Shown here piece after piece: positions 1 to 9,495 of a DNA stretch of 64,000 nucleotides; position 1 is the first letter of the stretch; the number at the start of each line of letters is the position of its first letter. The notes beneath the pieces were generated by a model, which was given only the letters and a program-made list of their open reading frames with translations, was not told the DNA's origin and searched no databases. Both the position numbers and the translations under genes were made by a program. This DNA comes from Spirochaetia bacterium (GTDB lineage: Bacteria; Spirochaetota; Spirochaetia; DSM-2461): assembly GCA_963668315.1 (NCBI GenBank), contig OY764216.1, forward strand, positions 5,344,001 through 5,408,000. The letters are read 5' to 3'.

Positions 1-218
1 TCCTGCCGGGGGATATTCTCCGAATCCAGTACGATCCGCCTCCTGAGGGCCAGAGAGTCGAGGCTTTCGCCGGAATACTCCCGCACTTCCTCCGCGTCTC
101 CCTGCAGGGCGGGGAGGAGAATTTCCGAAGAGAAGGGCTCGGCGGATTCCTCTGCGATCAGCGGGCAGGCGAAAAACACCATTATTAAACTTTTGATTAT
201 CTTTGATCTCGCGGCCAT
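1..218 (-). CDS. Secreted hypothetical protein (5' part only; runs off window start)
   Basis: Read manually: ATG at 218 preceded by GGGAGAG; MAARSKIIKSLIMVFFACPLIAEESAE... has a signal-peptide-like N-terminus; frame open to position 1. Confidence 0.6.
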   Translation of the reverse strand, partial: MAARSKIIKSLIMVFFACPLIAEESAEPFSSEILLPALQGDAEEVREYSGESLDSLALRRRIVLDSENIPRQ

Positions 219-385
219 AGGCTCTCCCTGATAAAAAATCTTTGCACAAACTTGACACAACCCGGACTTATCCTTGAATCGGGAGGTGTACCTTAATCAC
301 ATACTTTTTTTATGGGAGGTGGTAGAAGTAGAAAACATCTATCAAATCGGTTTATTACATTTTTGCAAAACAACGGAGGAATAAT

Positions 386-886
386 ATGCGAAAAATGAAA
401 ATTAGTCTAGTAATGACAATGGCAGGCCTTTTGGCTCTTCCCATGGTGATGGGCCAGGAAGTGAAAGGCACGGAGCCGGCGGACGGGATTATGACTCTGC
501 TGGAAAATGAGGAATCGGCCCGGTCCTACCTTGCCCTGGTGCAGGCGGGCGAAGTCGATGAACAGCTCGGCGACCTTAAGGATTCTACGGTCGTGGTCTA
601 CTCAAACGCCCAGCTTACGGATTTCCGGGACAACAGACAAATCGATCTGAGCGATTCTGCCATAGCGGAAAAGCTCGTGCTCTCCAATGTCATCGACGGA
701 AGCATCACCCCCGAGAGCTTTCCCGAAAGGGGGACGGCGCTCAATCTGCTGGGAAACGAGATCACCCTGGGAAAGGGAGATGGCGATATGATCGGTTCCC
801 AGAAGGTAGAATTTTTAGGCGCGTACTTTTCCAAGGACGGCGAATCGCTAAACTATGTCTATCTGGTAAAAGACGCTATCAGCTGA
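386..886 (+). CDS. Secreted protein with a degenerate fasciclin (FAS1)-like domain
   Basis: GGAGGA RBS; signal peptide; STVVVYSNAQL, LVLSNVIDG and NYVYLVKDAI align by eye to the FAS1 H1, YH and H2 motifs. Confidence 0.55.
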   Translation: MRKMKISLVMTMAGLLALPMVMGQEVKGTEPADGIMTLLENEESARSYLALVQAGEVDEQLGDLKDSTVVVYSNAQLTDFRDNRQIDLSDSAIAEKLVLSNVIDGSITPESFPERGTALNLLGNEITLGKGDGDMIGSQKVEFLGAYFSKDGESLNYVYLVKDAIS

Positions 887-900
887 ATTAAGGAGACCCT

Positions 901-1167
901 ATGAAAAACTTAAAAACCATCCTGGGAATGGCACTTATCCCCCTGATCGGAATAACCCTATTCTCATGCATGAACGACAGTGAAGCCGTTTCGGAGGCCG
1001 AAACAAGCCAGGCCATGGAAGAGGTGACGATGGAGGAGCCTGTCACGGCGGAACCGGCCGCGTTGGAACCGGAAGAGAATCTTTCAGACGAAGAGATTAC
1101 CGCCTTTGCGGGAGAACCGGTGGCCTCTGAGCCGGAAGAAGCCGAGGAGGCGACTCTGGAATTATAG
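901..1167 (+). CDS. Small acidic lipoprotein, hypothetical
   Basis: AAGGAG RBS; lipobox LFSC; Glu/Ala/Pro-rich low-complexity mature part. Confidence 0.7.
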   Translation: MKNLKTILGMALIPLIGITLFSCMNDSEAVSEAETSQAMEEVTMEEPVTAEPAALEPEENLSDEEITAFAGEPVASEPEEAEEATLEL

Positions 1168-1191
1168 GAAATACCGAAACCAGCCAAATCG

Positions 1192-1229
1192 GGGCGCCTT
1201 CCTTCCTGCCGGAGGGGGGCGCCCTTTTT
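1192..1229 (+). terminator. Intrinsic terminator hairpin between convergent genes
   Basis: GGGCGCC...GGCGCCC stem with G-U extension, followed by TTTTT. Confidence 0.7.
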
Positions 1230-2345
1230 CTAAAGGACACCGCCCCCCAGCTTTTTATGGGCTTCCTTGAGCTTATCGATTATGGGAATATCCTGGGGAC
1301 ATCTTTCCTCGCACCGGCCGCACTCTATACACCGGGACGCATCGGTGCCGTTTTTCATGTTGTTTCTCTGATACAGAAGCCCGTCCACCCAGTGCTTGGT
1401 GAGCCTCTTCATATTGTACTGGGCAAAAATCTCCGGAATGGCCACCCCCTCGGGGCAGGGAAGGCAGTACCCGCATCCCGTGCAGGCCACGGCGAAGGCT
1501 TCCTCATAGGCCGCCTGGAGCTTTTTCAGGAAAGCCTTGTCGTCATCGGTCAGATGACCCGCCGGCGCATGGGAGAATATCCTGATATTATCCTTGAGCT
1601 GCTCCAGATCGGACGTACCGGAGAGAACCACCTTCACCTCCCGGTTGTCCGTCAGAAAACGGAAAGCCCACTCCACCAGGGACCAGGACCGGGGATTCTC
1701 CTTCATCAGCTTTCTCACGGGGGGCGGGACGAAGCGGGTCAGGGCGCCTCCGCGCAGGGGCTCCATGATAACCACGGGAATTCCCCGGGCCGCCGCATCC
1801 ATGAGACCTTCCCGGCCCGCCTGGTTATGCTCGTCCAGAATATTCAGCTGAATCTGGATCATCTCCCAGTCGTAAGCGTTCAGAACGGTCTGAAAGTGGT
1901 GGTAGGGTCCGTGGAAGGAACAGGCCCGGTGAAGGATTTTCCCCTTCGCCGTCATCCGGTCCAGAAATTCAAGGGCGTCGAACTGCCGGGCCAACTCCCA
2001 GTGGGTCGTATTCATATCGTGGAGCAGATAGATATCCACCGCCTCCACGCCCAGGCGCAGGAGCTCTTCATCAAGAAATCCTTCCAGATCCGCCGCGGAA
2101 CGGGCTTTCCAGACAGGACATTTGGTCGCCAGAACCGCCTTGTCCCGGTACCCGTCCCGCAAAGCCCGGCCGACTATCTCCTCGCTCCCCGGATAGGCAT
2201 AAGCCGTATCCAGATAGTTCACCCCGTTGTCCAGGGCGTAACGCACCATCTCCTCCGCCTCACCGGCCGATGAGGGAAACCGCATGCATCCCAGCCCGAA
2301 CCGGGAAACTTTGAGACCTGTCCTGCCTAAATCAACATATTCCAT
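1230..2345 (-). CDS. Aldo/keto reductase with C-terminal 2x[4Fe-4S] domain
   Basis: LGRTGLKVSRFGLGCMRF, YLDTAYAY, MEPLRGG; CTGCGYCLPCP and CIECGRCEERCP. Confidence 0.92.
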   Translation of the reverse strand: MEYVDLGRTGLKVSRFGLGCMRFPSSAGEAEEMVRYALDNGVNYLDTAYAYPGSEEIVGRALRDGYRDKAVLATKCPVWKARSAADLEGFLDEELLRLGVEAVDIYLLHDMNTTHWELARQFDALEFLDRMTAKGKILHRACSFHGPYHHFQTVLNAYDWEMIQIQLNILDEHNQAGREGLMDAAARGIPVVIMEPLRGGALTRFVPPPVRKLMKENPRSWSLVEWAFRFLTDNREVKVVLSGTSDLEQLKDNIRIFSHAPAGHLTDDDKAFLKKLQAAYEEAFAVACTGCGYCLPCPEGVAIPEIFAQYNMKRLTKHWVDGLLYQRNNMKNGTDASRCIECGRCEERCPQDIPIIDKLKEAHKKLGGGVL

Positions 2346-2447
2346 ATTCCTACACTAACCAATCAGATAACAGTATAAAGAACCTCTTGTAAAACGGGCA
2401 GATCATCCCGCCTGGTCTTCGCCATGGGATGCCCCTCCCGTGTGGTT

Positions 2448-3227
2448 CTACCAGCCGCCGGAGGCACCTCCGCCCCCGAACCCGCCGCCTCCGCCGGAGA
2501 ATCCTCCTCCGCCGCCGAATCCTCCGCCGCCGAACCCGCCGCGATGGCTGGAATTACTCAGAAGGGAGCCCCAGAACAGAGCCCTGAACAAACCTCCCCT
2601 TCCCCGCCCTCTCCGGCCCAGACCGGCGAACAGAATGAAGAGAATGAAGAACAGAAAATTAAGAGAGACGCCCCCCGAAGAGGAGCGGGATGAGGAAGAG
2701 CTCTGGGCCCGCTGATACCGGGCCAGTTCCTCGGCTGATATGTCGGAAGCGCCGGAGACGACTCCCGTGGCGGCTAAGACTCCCCGCTTAATACCCTCCG
2801 CATAATCGCCCTGGCGGAAATAGGGAAGAATCTCCTCCCTTATGATAAAACCGCTCTTTATATCGGTCAGACTGCCTTCCACGCCGTATCCCACTTCCAG
2901 GCGGACCTTCTTCTCATTCAGGGCCACCAGCAGCAGGATGCCGTTATCCCGGTCCGCCTGTCCCAGTTTCCACTCCTCCGCCACTTCCATGGAGTAGCCT
3001 TCCAGGGATTCTCCCTTCAGGCTGTCGATGGTCAGAACGGCCATCTGGGCGGACGTCTGATTCTGGAACGCCAGAAGGATCTCCTCCAGCTCCCGTTCCT
3101 CACGGGAAGAGAGAACATGGGCGTTGTCCACCACCGGGCCGTCCAGGGAAGGAACTTTCAGAGCCCAGAGAGAAACCGTCATGGCAAGCAGGAAGATCCC
3201 CGCCAGAAATATACGAAATCGTCTCAT
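2448..3227 (-). CDS. TPM-domain (YgcG-like) membrane protein with Gly-rich tail
   Basis: VVDNAHVLS, WKLGQADRDNGILLLVA, RLEVGYGVEG; C-terminal GGGGFGGGGASGGW. Confidence 0.92.
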   Translation of the reverse strand: MRRFRIFLAGIFLLAMTVSLWALKVPSLDGPVVDNAHVLSSREERELEEILLAFQNQTSAQMAVLTIDSLKGESLEGYSMEVAEEWKLGQADRDNGILLLVALNEKKVRLEVGYGVEGSLTDIKSGFIIREEILPYFRQGDYAEGIKRGVLAATGVVSGASDISAEELARYQRAQSSSSSRSSSGGVSLNFLFFILFILFAGLGRRGRGRGGLFRALFWGSLLSNSSHRGGFGGGGFGGGGGFSGGGGGFGGGGASGGW

Positions 3228-3229
3228 GG

Positions 3230-3904
3230 TCAGTCCTCCAGTATGGTCAGGCCGTCGGACAATTCATTGGTATCATCGTCCTTGATGGGAAAGTGCTCCG
3301 CCAGAAGGGTTCCGCAGGCATCCACCGCTTCAATCAGGGAGTCGGTAAACCGGTCGGCCTTAATGCCCTCTATAAGCCCGGACAGAATCCCGTCCCAGGC
3401 GCTCTGGTCCACCTTGGCATTAATGCCCTTATCCGCCAGAATTTCCACCCGCTGTTCCCGGCGGGAGACGAAAATGAGAATCCCCGTCCGGTCACGGGTA
3501 TCGAAAAGGCCGGCTTCCATGAAATGAAGGGACGCTCTCTTTGCCACCTCCCCGGCCATGAAGGCCCGGGGGACAATCAGCCTGTCAAAACCGGGGATGT
3601 TGGCGATCAGATAAAGAACTCCCGACACCCCGATAAAACCTCCTCCCATGAAGAGGGTCAGATAAACAGGCCGGTAGTCCCAGAAAAGATTTTCCGCCCA
3701 GAGAGAAATCCGCCCGAAAAGCAGGAGGGCGATAAAGTAAAAAATAACTCCTCCGGTCAGGGCGAAAAGCAGCTCATGCAGGGCGTAGTCGGAACTCTCT
3801 TCGATAAGAGCCGTGGCAATCTCCCCGGAGGTCTTCTTTTCCGCCCGGGCCACCGCCTCTTCTATCCTTCTATGCTCCTCTTCGCTGACTTTATACGCTT
3901 TCAT
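3230..3904 (-). CDS. TPM-domain membrane protein (lemA operon partner)
   Basis: AEKKTSGEI, TRDRTGILIFVS, EILADKGI, HFP...NELSD. Confidence 0.88.
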   Translation of the reverse strand: MKAYKVSEEEHRRIEEAVARAEKKTSGEIATALIEESSDYALHELLFALTGGVIFYFIALLLFGRISLWAENLFWDYRPVYLTLFMGGGFIGVSGVLYLIANIPGFDRLIVPRAFMAGEVAKRASLHFMEAGLFDTRDRTGILIFVSRREQRVEILADKGINAKVDQSAWDGILSGLIEGIKADRFTDSLIEAVDACGTLLAEHFPIKDDDTNELSDGLTILED

Positions 3905-4494
3905 CAGAATTCCACCTGAGGGGCGCTCTGAGCGGCATCGGAGGCTTCAAAATAGGTTTTCCTCTCAAAGCCGGCGATGTTCGCCACCAGAGCCTGGGGA
4001 AATCGGCGGATGTAGCTGTTATAGGCATTCACCGCATCATTGAACCGCTTCCTCTCCACGGCGATACGGTTTTCCGTTCCCTCCAGCTGATCCTGCAGGG
4101 CCAGAAAATTCTGGTTGGCCTTCAGATCGGGATACTGTTCGGAGACAACCATGAGCCTCTGCAGGGCACCGGAAAGCTCCCCCTGGGCCTGCTGGAACCG
4201 CTCGAAAGCCTCCGGATCCTGGAGCACTTCATCGGAGATATTCATCACGCCGCCCACTTTGGAACGAGCTTCGATGACGGCCGTCAGGGTTTCTTCCTCA
4301 TGGGACGCGTAACCCTTTACCGTTTCCACCAGGTTGGGGATCAGATCCATCCGCCTCTGGTAGACATTCTGCACCTGACCCCAGGCCGCGCTCACACCCT
4401 CGTCCAGGGTCACCATGCGATTGTAACCGCAGCTCTGCAGGGACAGGGCCGCTATGGCTATAAGAATTCCGAATTTGAAGTTTTTCCGTTTCAT
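3904..4494 (-). CDS. lemA: LemA family protein
   Basis: YQRRMDLIPNLVETVKGYA, EQYPDLKANQNF, LEGTENRIAVER; start placed at ATG 4494 behind GGGAGA. Confidence 0.95.
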   Translation of the reverse strand: MKRKNFKFGILIAIAALSLQSCGYNRMVTLDEGVSAAWGQVQNVYQRRMDLIPNLVETVKGYASHEEETLTAVIEARSKVGGVMNISDEVLQDPEAFERFQQAQGELSGALQRLMVVSEQYPDLKANQNFLALQDQLEGTENRIAVERKRFNDAVNAYNSYIRRFPQALVANIAGFERKTYFEASDAAQSAPQVEF

Positions 4495-4656
4495 GTCATC
4501 TCCCGGGAATGGCATTGTATTGGACTCGCACCGTTCCCACGGAAACTAATATACTCATATTTCTTTTTCCGAACAACCGAAAAGGGGAAATTCACCCGAA
4601 GGGGTGATTAAAAAAAGGACTAGCCAATATCAGCCCGGGGAATCTATAATGGAGCC

Positions 4657-5580
4657 ATGTTATTGTTAGCCGCTCCCGTCCTGATTATTCTTTTTGCCGC
4701 GACCTTCCGTTTTCTGGGAAGATATGCCGCCAGGGCCTTTGCCCTGCCTAAGGTAAAATCGGAGGAGGAGGCTCTGCGCCTCTGTACCGAAGAGTTTCTG
4801 GATTTTGACAGGGAGTGGTTCGATTCCCTCAATTTCGAACCTTTCACCGTCAGTTCCCCCCGGGGGTACGAGCTGCACGGGGTATGCCTCAAGGGAACGG
4901 GCAACAGAACAATCGTTCTCTGCCACGGCCATACTTTCACCTGGCACGGCCAGGTGAAATACATGCCCCTTCTCATCAAGCAGGGATGGAACATCATTGC
5001 CTACAACCACCGCTTTCACGGGACCAGCGGAGGGGACTGCTGTACCGCCGGCTACTACGAGAAACAGGATCTGAAGCTTATCTGCGACTGGGCCTTCGCC
5101 CGCTTTCCCTCGACCCGGAAATTCGGGGTCCAGGGAGAATCGATGGGTGCCGCCACGGTTCTGCAGTATCTTCCCATGGACAGCCGCCTGGACTTTGTCT
5201 GGGCCGACTGCCCCTACAGCGATCTGGAAGAGCTGTACCATTATCAGCTGGGAGCGATCATGAAAATCCCCCGTTTCCTCCACGGCCCCATTCTCTACTT
5301 TGCCGACCGTTTTTTCAGGAAGCGCTGCCGTTTCTCCCTGGCCGATGTATCCCCGAAAAGGGAGATCATGAAAAAACCGGTTCCCCTCTTTCTGGCACAC
5401 GGCTCCATTGATGCCTACGTACCCACATACATGTCCAAGCAGATGTACGAATCGCGCCAGCAGTACGCCCCCACCTATCTCGTCCTTATTGGGGGTGCCC
5501 GCCATGCGGAGGCCTACAAAACGGATACGGCCGAATATAACAAACAGCTTAAGATTTTCCTGGAGGCCTACGGTGAATAA
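4657..5580 (+). CDS. Membrane-anchored alpha/beta hydrolase
   Basis: N-terminal TM segment; LCHG, HGTSGG, GESMGAA nucleophile elbow, HGSIDAYVP, GARHA. Confidence 0.9.
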   Translation: MLLLAAPVLIILFAATFRFLGRYAARAFALPKVKSEEEALRLCTEEFLDFDREWFDSLNFEPFTVSSPRGYELHGVCLKGTGNRTIVLCHGHTFTWHGQVKYMPLLIKQGWNIIAYNHRFHGTSGGDCCTAGYYEKQDLKLICDWAFARFPSTRKFGVQGESMGAATVLQYLPMDSRLDFVWADCPYSDLEELYHYQLGAIMKIPRFLHGPILYFADRFFRKRCRFSLADVSPKREIMKKPVPLFLAHGSIDAYVPTYMSKQMYESRQQYAPTYLVLIGGARHAEAYKTDTAEYNKQLKIFLEAYGE

Positions 5581-6688
5581 AAAACAGTACTATGCCGCCT
5601 TTGATATCGGGGCGGGACGGGGGACAAAGATCGGACTCTTTACCACCGATCTTAAGTGCCTCTCCGAAACACTCCTGCCCCTGGACCATTACGGGAGGGA
5701 TTTCGACCATTTTGCCGATTCCCTTCTGGACCATCTGGACAAAGCCACGGGCATGGAGGGATTGGACCGCAAGAACCTTCTGGCCGTGGGGATTTCCACG
5801 GCGGGGATCATTGGTCATGACGGCTCCTTTGTCCTCTTTCATAACCAAAGCCGTTTTAACGGCTGCAACCTGAAGCTACGCTTTGAATCGGCCCTGGACC
5901 GTCCGGCCAGCATCGCCAACGATGCCGATGCGGGGGGACTGGCCGAGTGGAGCGTCCTGAGGACCGAGCTGCTCTACTGGGTATTCGGCGGAGGATGGGG
6001 CGGCTCCTGGATCAGTGCCGACGGGGATATACGATTTCCCTCCAACGGATGGGACGGCCGGGACAGCACCCTGCACTACACGAACGAGCCGGGCTACTCC
6101 ATTCCCCTGGATAAATTCCGCCTGCGCCTTCTCTTCAACGAGGTCAACGCCTCCTACGACCTCTTTGAAAAGCAGCTGACAGAAGACGAGACCCTGCCGG
6201 AAACGATCATTCTGGGCCCCGACAATAACCCGGATACGCTCCGGGCCGAGATCATTCTCTCCGGCGCGGGCCGGTGCCGCCTGTTCCGATCCCTGGTAGG
6301 GGACGATACTTTCTACGAGAAATTCCTGGATATACACGAAGTGAAGGAGATGCTCGATCCTACCGTGGCCGGGCGGCATATAGACAAATTGTCCAGCCTC
6401 CGGGTGGAAGCGGCCATCAACACGGACCGCCTCTACGGAAAGATCCTGGCCGAAGCCTCTCGCCTCCTGCTCAAGAAAGCCGCCTCGGACGGAATGAGAG
6501 AGGGACTTCCCATCTGTCTGGGGGGTAAGCCGAGTTACGCCCTGCCCTACTTCGGTCCCTCCTGCCAGAGGCTTCTTGGCAAGATGGGATACATGAACTA
6601 CCTGCGCCCCTCCGTGCTGGATGAACGGGGCTCCAACGCCAACCTGATCGGCGCGGCCGTACTGGCCGGGAAATGCCTCTCGGACTGA
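5573..6688 (+). CDS. ROK-family protein (divergent sugar kinase-like)
   Basis: GTG start behind GGAGG overlapping the hydrolase end; AFDIGAGRGTK, IANDADAGGLAE, ANLIGAA. Confidence 0.75.
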   Translation: MNKKQYYAAFDIGAGRGTKIGLFTTDLKCLSETLLPLDHYGRDFDHFADSLLDHLDKATGMEGLDRKNLLAVGISTAGIIGHDGSFVLFHNQSRFNGCNLKLRFESALDRPASIANDADAGGLAEWSVLRTELLYWVFGGGWGGSWISADGDIRFPSNGWDGRDSTLHYTNEPGYSIPLDKFRLRLLFNEVNASYDLFEKQLTEDETLPETIILGPDNNPDTLRAEIILSGAGRCRLFRSLVGDDTFYEKFLDIHEVKEMLDPTVAGRHIDKLSSLRVEAAINTDRLYGKILAEASRLLLKKAASDGMREGLPICLGGKPSYALPYFGPSCQRLLGKMGYMNYLRPSVLDERGSNANLIGAAVLAGKCLSD

Positions 6689-6691
6689 TGG

Positions 6692-7996
6692 TCAGGCCTC
6701 CTGGCCGTGCTCCCGGGATACGGCCAGGATATCCTCCGTCAGCGAGAGGAAAATATCCGCCAGCTGCGGATCAAACTTCCTGCCCCTCTCCTTTTCTATA
6801 AACGAGAGAGCCTCTTCATGGCTCATAGGCTCCTTGTAGGGACGTTTTGTCGTCAAGGCATCGTACACATCGGCCAGGGCCATAATCCGTGCCGAAAGGG
6901 GAATGGCTTCCCCCGAAAGACCCTCGGGATAGCCGCTTCCGTCCCAGTTCTCATGGTGGGAACGGACGATCTGATGGGCCAGCTCGAAATAGGTGAGGAA
7001 ATTCAGGGAAGATGCCGCTTCCTCCAGTACGTTCGCTCCCAGAAGGGGATGTTTTTTAATAGTCTCGAACTCCTCCTCGGTCAGCTTCCCCGGTTTCTGC
7101 AGGATATTGTCGGGAATCCCCACCTTGCCAATATCATGAAGCGGGGCGGATCTTACCAGATCGTCTACGTATTCCCGGGTCACGTAGTTCTGATATCTTT
7201 CATCATGATGAAGGGCTTCTCCCAGCAGGCGGCAGTACATGCTGGTCCGGTTTATATGGGCGCCCGTATTGTCATCGCGCAGTTCGGCAAGGCGGGACAT
7301 GGTGATGATGGTCAGGGACTGACTTTCATCCAGCCTGACGATGGTGCGCTTCTGATTGAGGTAACTGCGCAGAAAAAGGAGGAACAGACTGACATAAAAA
7401 AAGAATCCCCCGATGATAATAATGAGAAGTACCGATTTTCTGCTCTCCTCCAGAAGGGCGGGGAGCCGGCTGTCCCGTTCCACGACCTCCGCATAGCCAA
7501 TCCTCCTGCCCTCGTAATCGATGGGAATATGGAACCGCAGAATGAAATCGGGAGAATGAGAGAGAACTTCATAGTCATAATCCTTACGCTGCTTATCTTC
7601 CGGTTTATTCCAGGGGATTCCCCCCGCCGGGGTATCGTCTCCCGAATGAATCAGAAGCTCATGATCCCTGTCAAAGATCTTGATCGAAATAATCGAGGGG
7701 AACTGAAAAATATCCCTGAGGAAATGATCGAAGCTCCCGGCGGCATGGTCCTCTCCGCCATGACCGGATTCCTCTGTACGGTCCTCTTCCGCCTCCGGCA
7801 TCAGTAAATCAAAGAGCTGTAAAACTTCCTGGTAATTGTAGGGTATCTCCTCCATGAAAGCCTTGTAATAATCGCCATGGACGAGAACGGTATGGTTCGT
7901 CTGCTCCCGGATCAGGGCGGCCCCCAGAATATAGGCGACCCCCAGGGTCATGACAAAGGAGATCAGGGTATATTGAAACAGCAGGTTCTTGCGCAT
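6692..7996 (-). CDS. Membrane-bound HD-GYP domain protein (c-di-GMP phosphodiesterase)
   Basis: Two TM segments around a periplasmic domain; TGAHINR, LHDIGKVGIPD, HHENWDGSGYP, ADVYDAL. Confidence 0.92.
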   Translation of the reverse strand: MRKNLLFQYTLISFVMTLGVAYILGAALIREQTNHTVLVHGDYYKAFMEEIPYNYQEVLQLFDLLMPEAEEDRTEESGHGGEDHAAGSFDHFLRDIFQFPSIISIKIFDRDHELLIHSGDDTPAGGIPWNKPEDKQRKDYDYEVLSHSPDFILRFHIPIDYEGRRIGYAEVVERDSRLPALLEESRKSVLLIIIIGGFFFYVSLFLLFLRSYLNQKRTIVRLDESQSLTIITMSRLAELRDDNTGAHINRTSMYCRLLGEALHHDERYQNYVTREYVDDLVRSAPLHDIGKVGIPDNILQKPGKLTEEEFETIKKHPLLGANVLEEAASSLNFLTYFELAHQIVRSHHENWDGSGYPEGLSGEAIPLSARIMALADVYDALTTKRPYKEPMSHEEALSFIEKERGRKFDPQLADIFLSLTEDILAVSREHGQEA

Positions 7997-8030
7997 CTTC
8001 TCTTAATTCTTTCCTTACAGACTCACTCCC

Positions 8031-9395
8031 TCAAGGAGTGTATTTCTCTTCTATCTCAAACTGTCCCATCATGCCGGCATCCTCGTGTTCCAGCATATGG
8101 CAGTGATACATGTAAATCCCCGTATAATCACGGAAGGACAGGCCGATTTCATAACGGTCCCCAGGCCAGAGCAGAATCGTATCCTTCGGCCCGCCGAGCA
8201 GGGGCGGCGGGGGTTCCCCGTTAAGACTCAGCACAGAAAACTGTACATCATGGACATGAAAGGAGTGGGGAACCGCCATCATTCCCGCCGGAACATTCAC
8301 CACCGTCCACACTTCATCGGTATCCTTCTCCAGGCGGAAGTCGATCCGGCCCATATCCATGGATTTTCCGTTTATGGTGAATCTTCCCATCATTCCCGTT
8401 TCCATGGTGAAATTCCGCCGGATATGATCGGCCTCGGGGCTGACGGGGGCATAGACGAGACTTTCGGGGTGCCCATAGAAACTGCCCGTCCCGGAACCGA
8501 CGGAAAAGGAAAGGGCCCTATCGAAAACAGCGCCTCCCCAGGTCTCCACCGTCAGCCCCCCCGTACCTTCCTCGGTAAAATCATAGAGAATTTCATAACG
8601 CTCACCCGGTGATATGACCAGTTGCGAAGTCCTGACTGATCGGGGGAGAAAACCTCCGTCACTGGCGAAGACGGTAAACTCCGATTGGTCGGAGAAAGAG
8701 ATCCTGAACACGGAAGAGTTGGAACCGTTCAGGATTCTGAAACGGTATGTCCCCTTCTCAAGGCGGAGCTCCGGCTCATGGGCTCCATTGACGAGGAGGC
8801 GGTTCCCCAGATATCCGTGCATGATATCGGGCATGGAAGGCCTGTAGGCGAACCGGCCCGAACGGTCAATGTCCCTGTCCTGAAGGATGAGGGGAATGTC
8901 ATTGACACCGTAATCACGGGGAAGGGAAAGGGAACGGGAGTAATCGTCATCGATGATAAACATCCCCGCCAGCCCCCGATAGACATGTTCCGCCGTCTTT
9001 CCCATCAAGTGGGGATGATACCAGAGGGTCGCCGCCGGCTGATCAATGGTAATCCGGGGCTTCCAGGCTTCTCCGGCTTTTATCACCTGACGGGGACCGC
9101 CGTCGTACTCTGCCGGAACATGAAGCCCGTGCCAGTGAACGGTCGTATCCTCCCTGAGCGTGTTAATGATGGTGAAAGCAATATCGTCCCCCTCCGAGAC
9201 TCTGATCGTCGGCCCCAGATAATCGCCGTTAAACCCCAAGGTTCGGCTGGTACCGAAGGGAAGGGTCAGCATCCCCTCCCGGATCTCCATTTCCAGGTTC
9301 CCTCCTTCGAGAAGGGGGGGAATGGGAAGAGAATCGGCAGGCAGACCGAATGAGAAGAATACAGTCGAAAAAACGGACCAGATGATCTTTTTCAT
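8031..9395 (-). CDS. Multicopper oxidase (CueO/SufI family)
   Basis: All four Cu motifs: HWHG, WYHPH, HSFHVH, HCHMLEHEDAGM. Confidence 0.93.
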   Translation of the reverse strand: MKKIIWSVFSTVFFSFGLPADSLPIPPLLEGGNLEMEIREGMLTLPFGTSRTLGFNGDYLGPTIRVSEGDDIAFTIINTLREDTTVHWHGLHVPAEYDGGPRQVIKAGEAWKPRITIDQPAATLWYHPHLMGKTAEHVYRGLAGMFIIDDDYSRSLSLPRDYGVNDIPLILQDRDIDRSGRFAYRPSMPDIMHGYLGNRLLVNGAHEPELRLEKGTYRFRILNGSNSSVFRISFSDQSEFTVFASDGGFLPRSVRTSQLVISPGERYEILYDFTEEGTGGLTVETWGGAVFDRALSFSVGSGTGSFYGHPESLVYAPVSPEADHIRRNFTMETGMMGRFTINGKSMDMGRIDFRLEKDTDEVWTVVNVPAGMMAVPHSFHVHDVQFSVLSLNGEPPPPLLGGPKDTILLWPGDRYEIGLSFRDYTGIYMYHCHMLEHEDAGMMGQFEIEEKYTP

Positions 9396-9495
9396 GGCTC
9401 AACCTCATCTCCAATATAATCAACGGCAGAGGGGAAAGCAAATTCACGGGAGTCCTTATTTCCGATAAGATTTTATCTATACCTGACTTTTTCCC

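Noticed and set aside
1257..2273. Long antisense/alternate-frame ORFs (also 6707-7807, 33996-35681, 41100-41948, 48722-50866, 55554-56537)
   Set aside because: They shadow well-supported genes on the opposite strand, have no motifs, and are expected from codon bias in GC-rich DNA
2448..2545. CCGCCG-rich tandem repeat and Pro-rich ORFs
   Set aside because: This is the coding sequence for the Gly-rich tail of the TPM protein, not a separate repeat element
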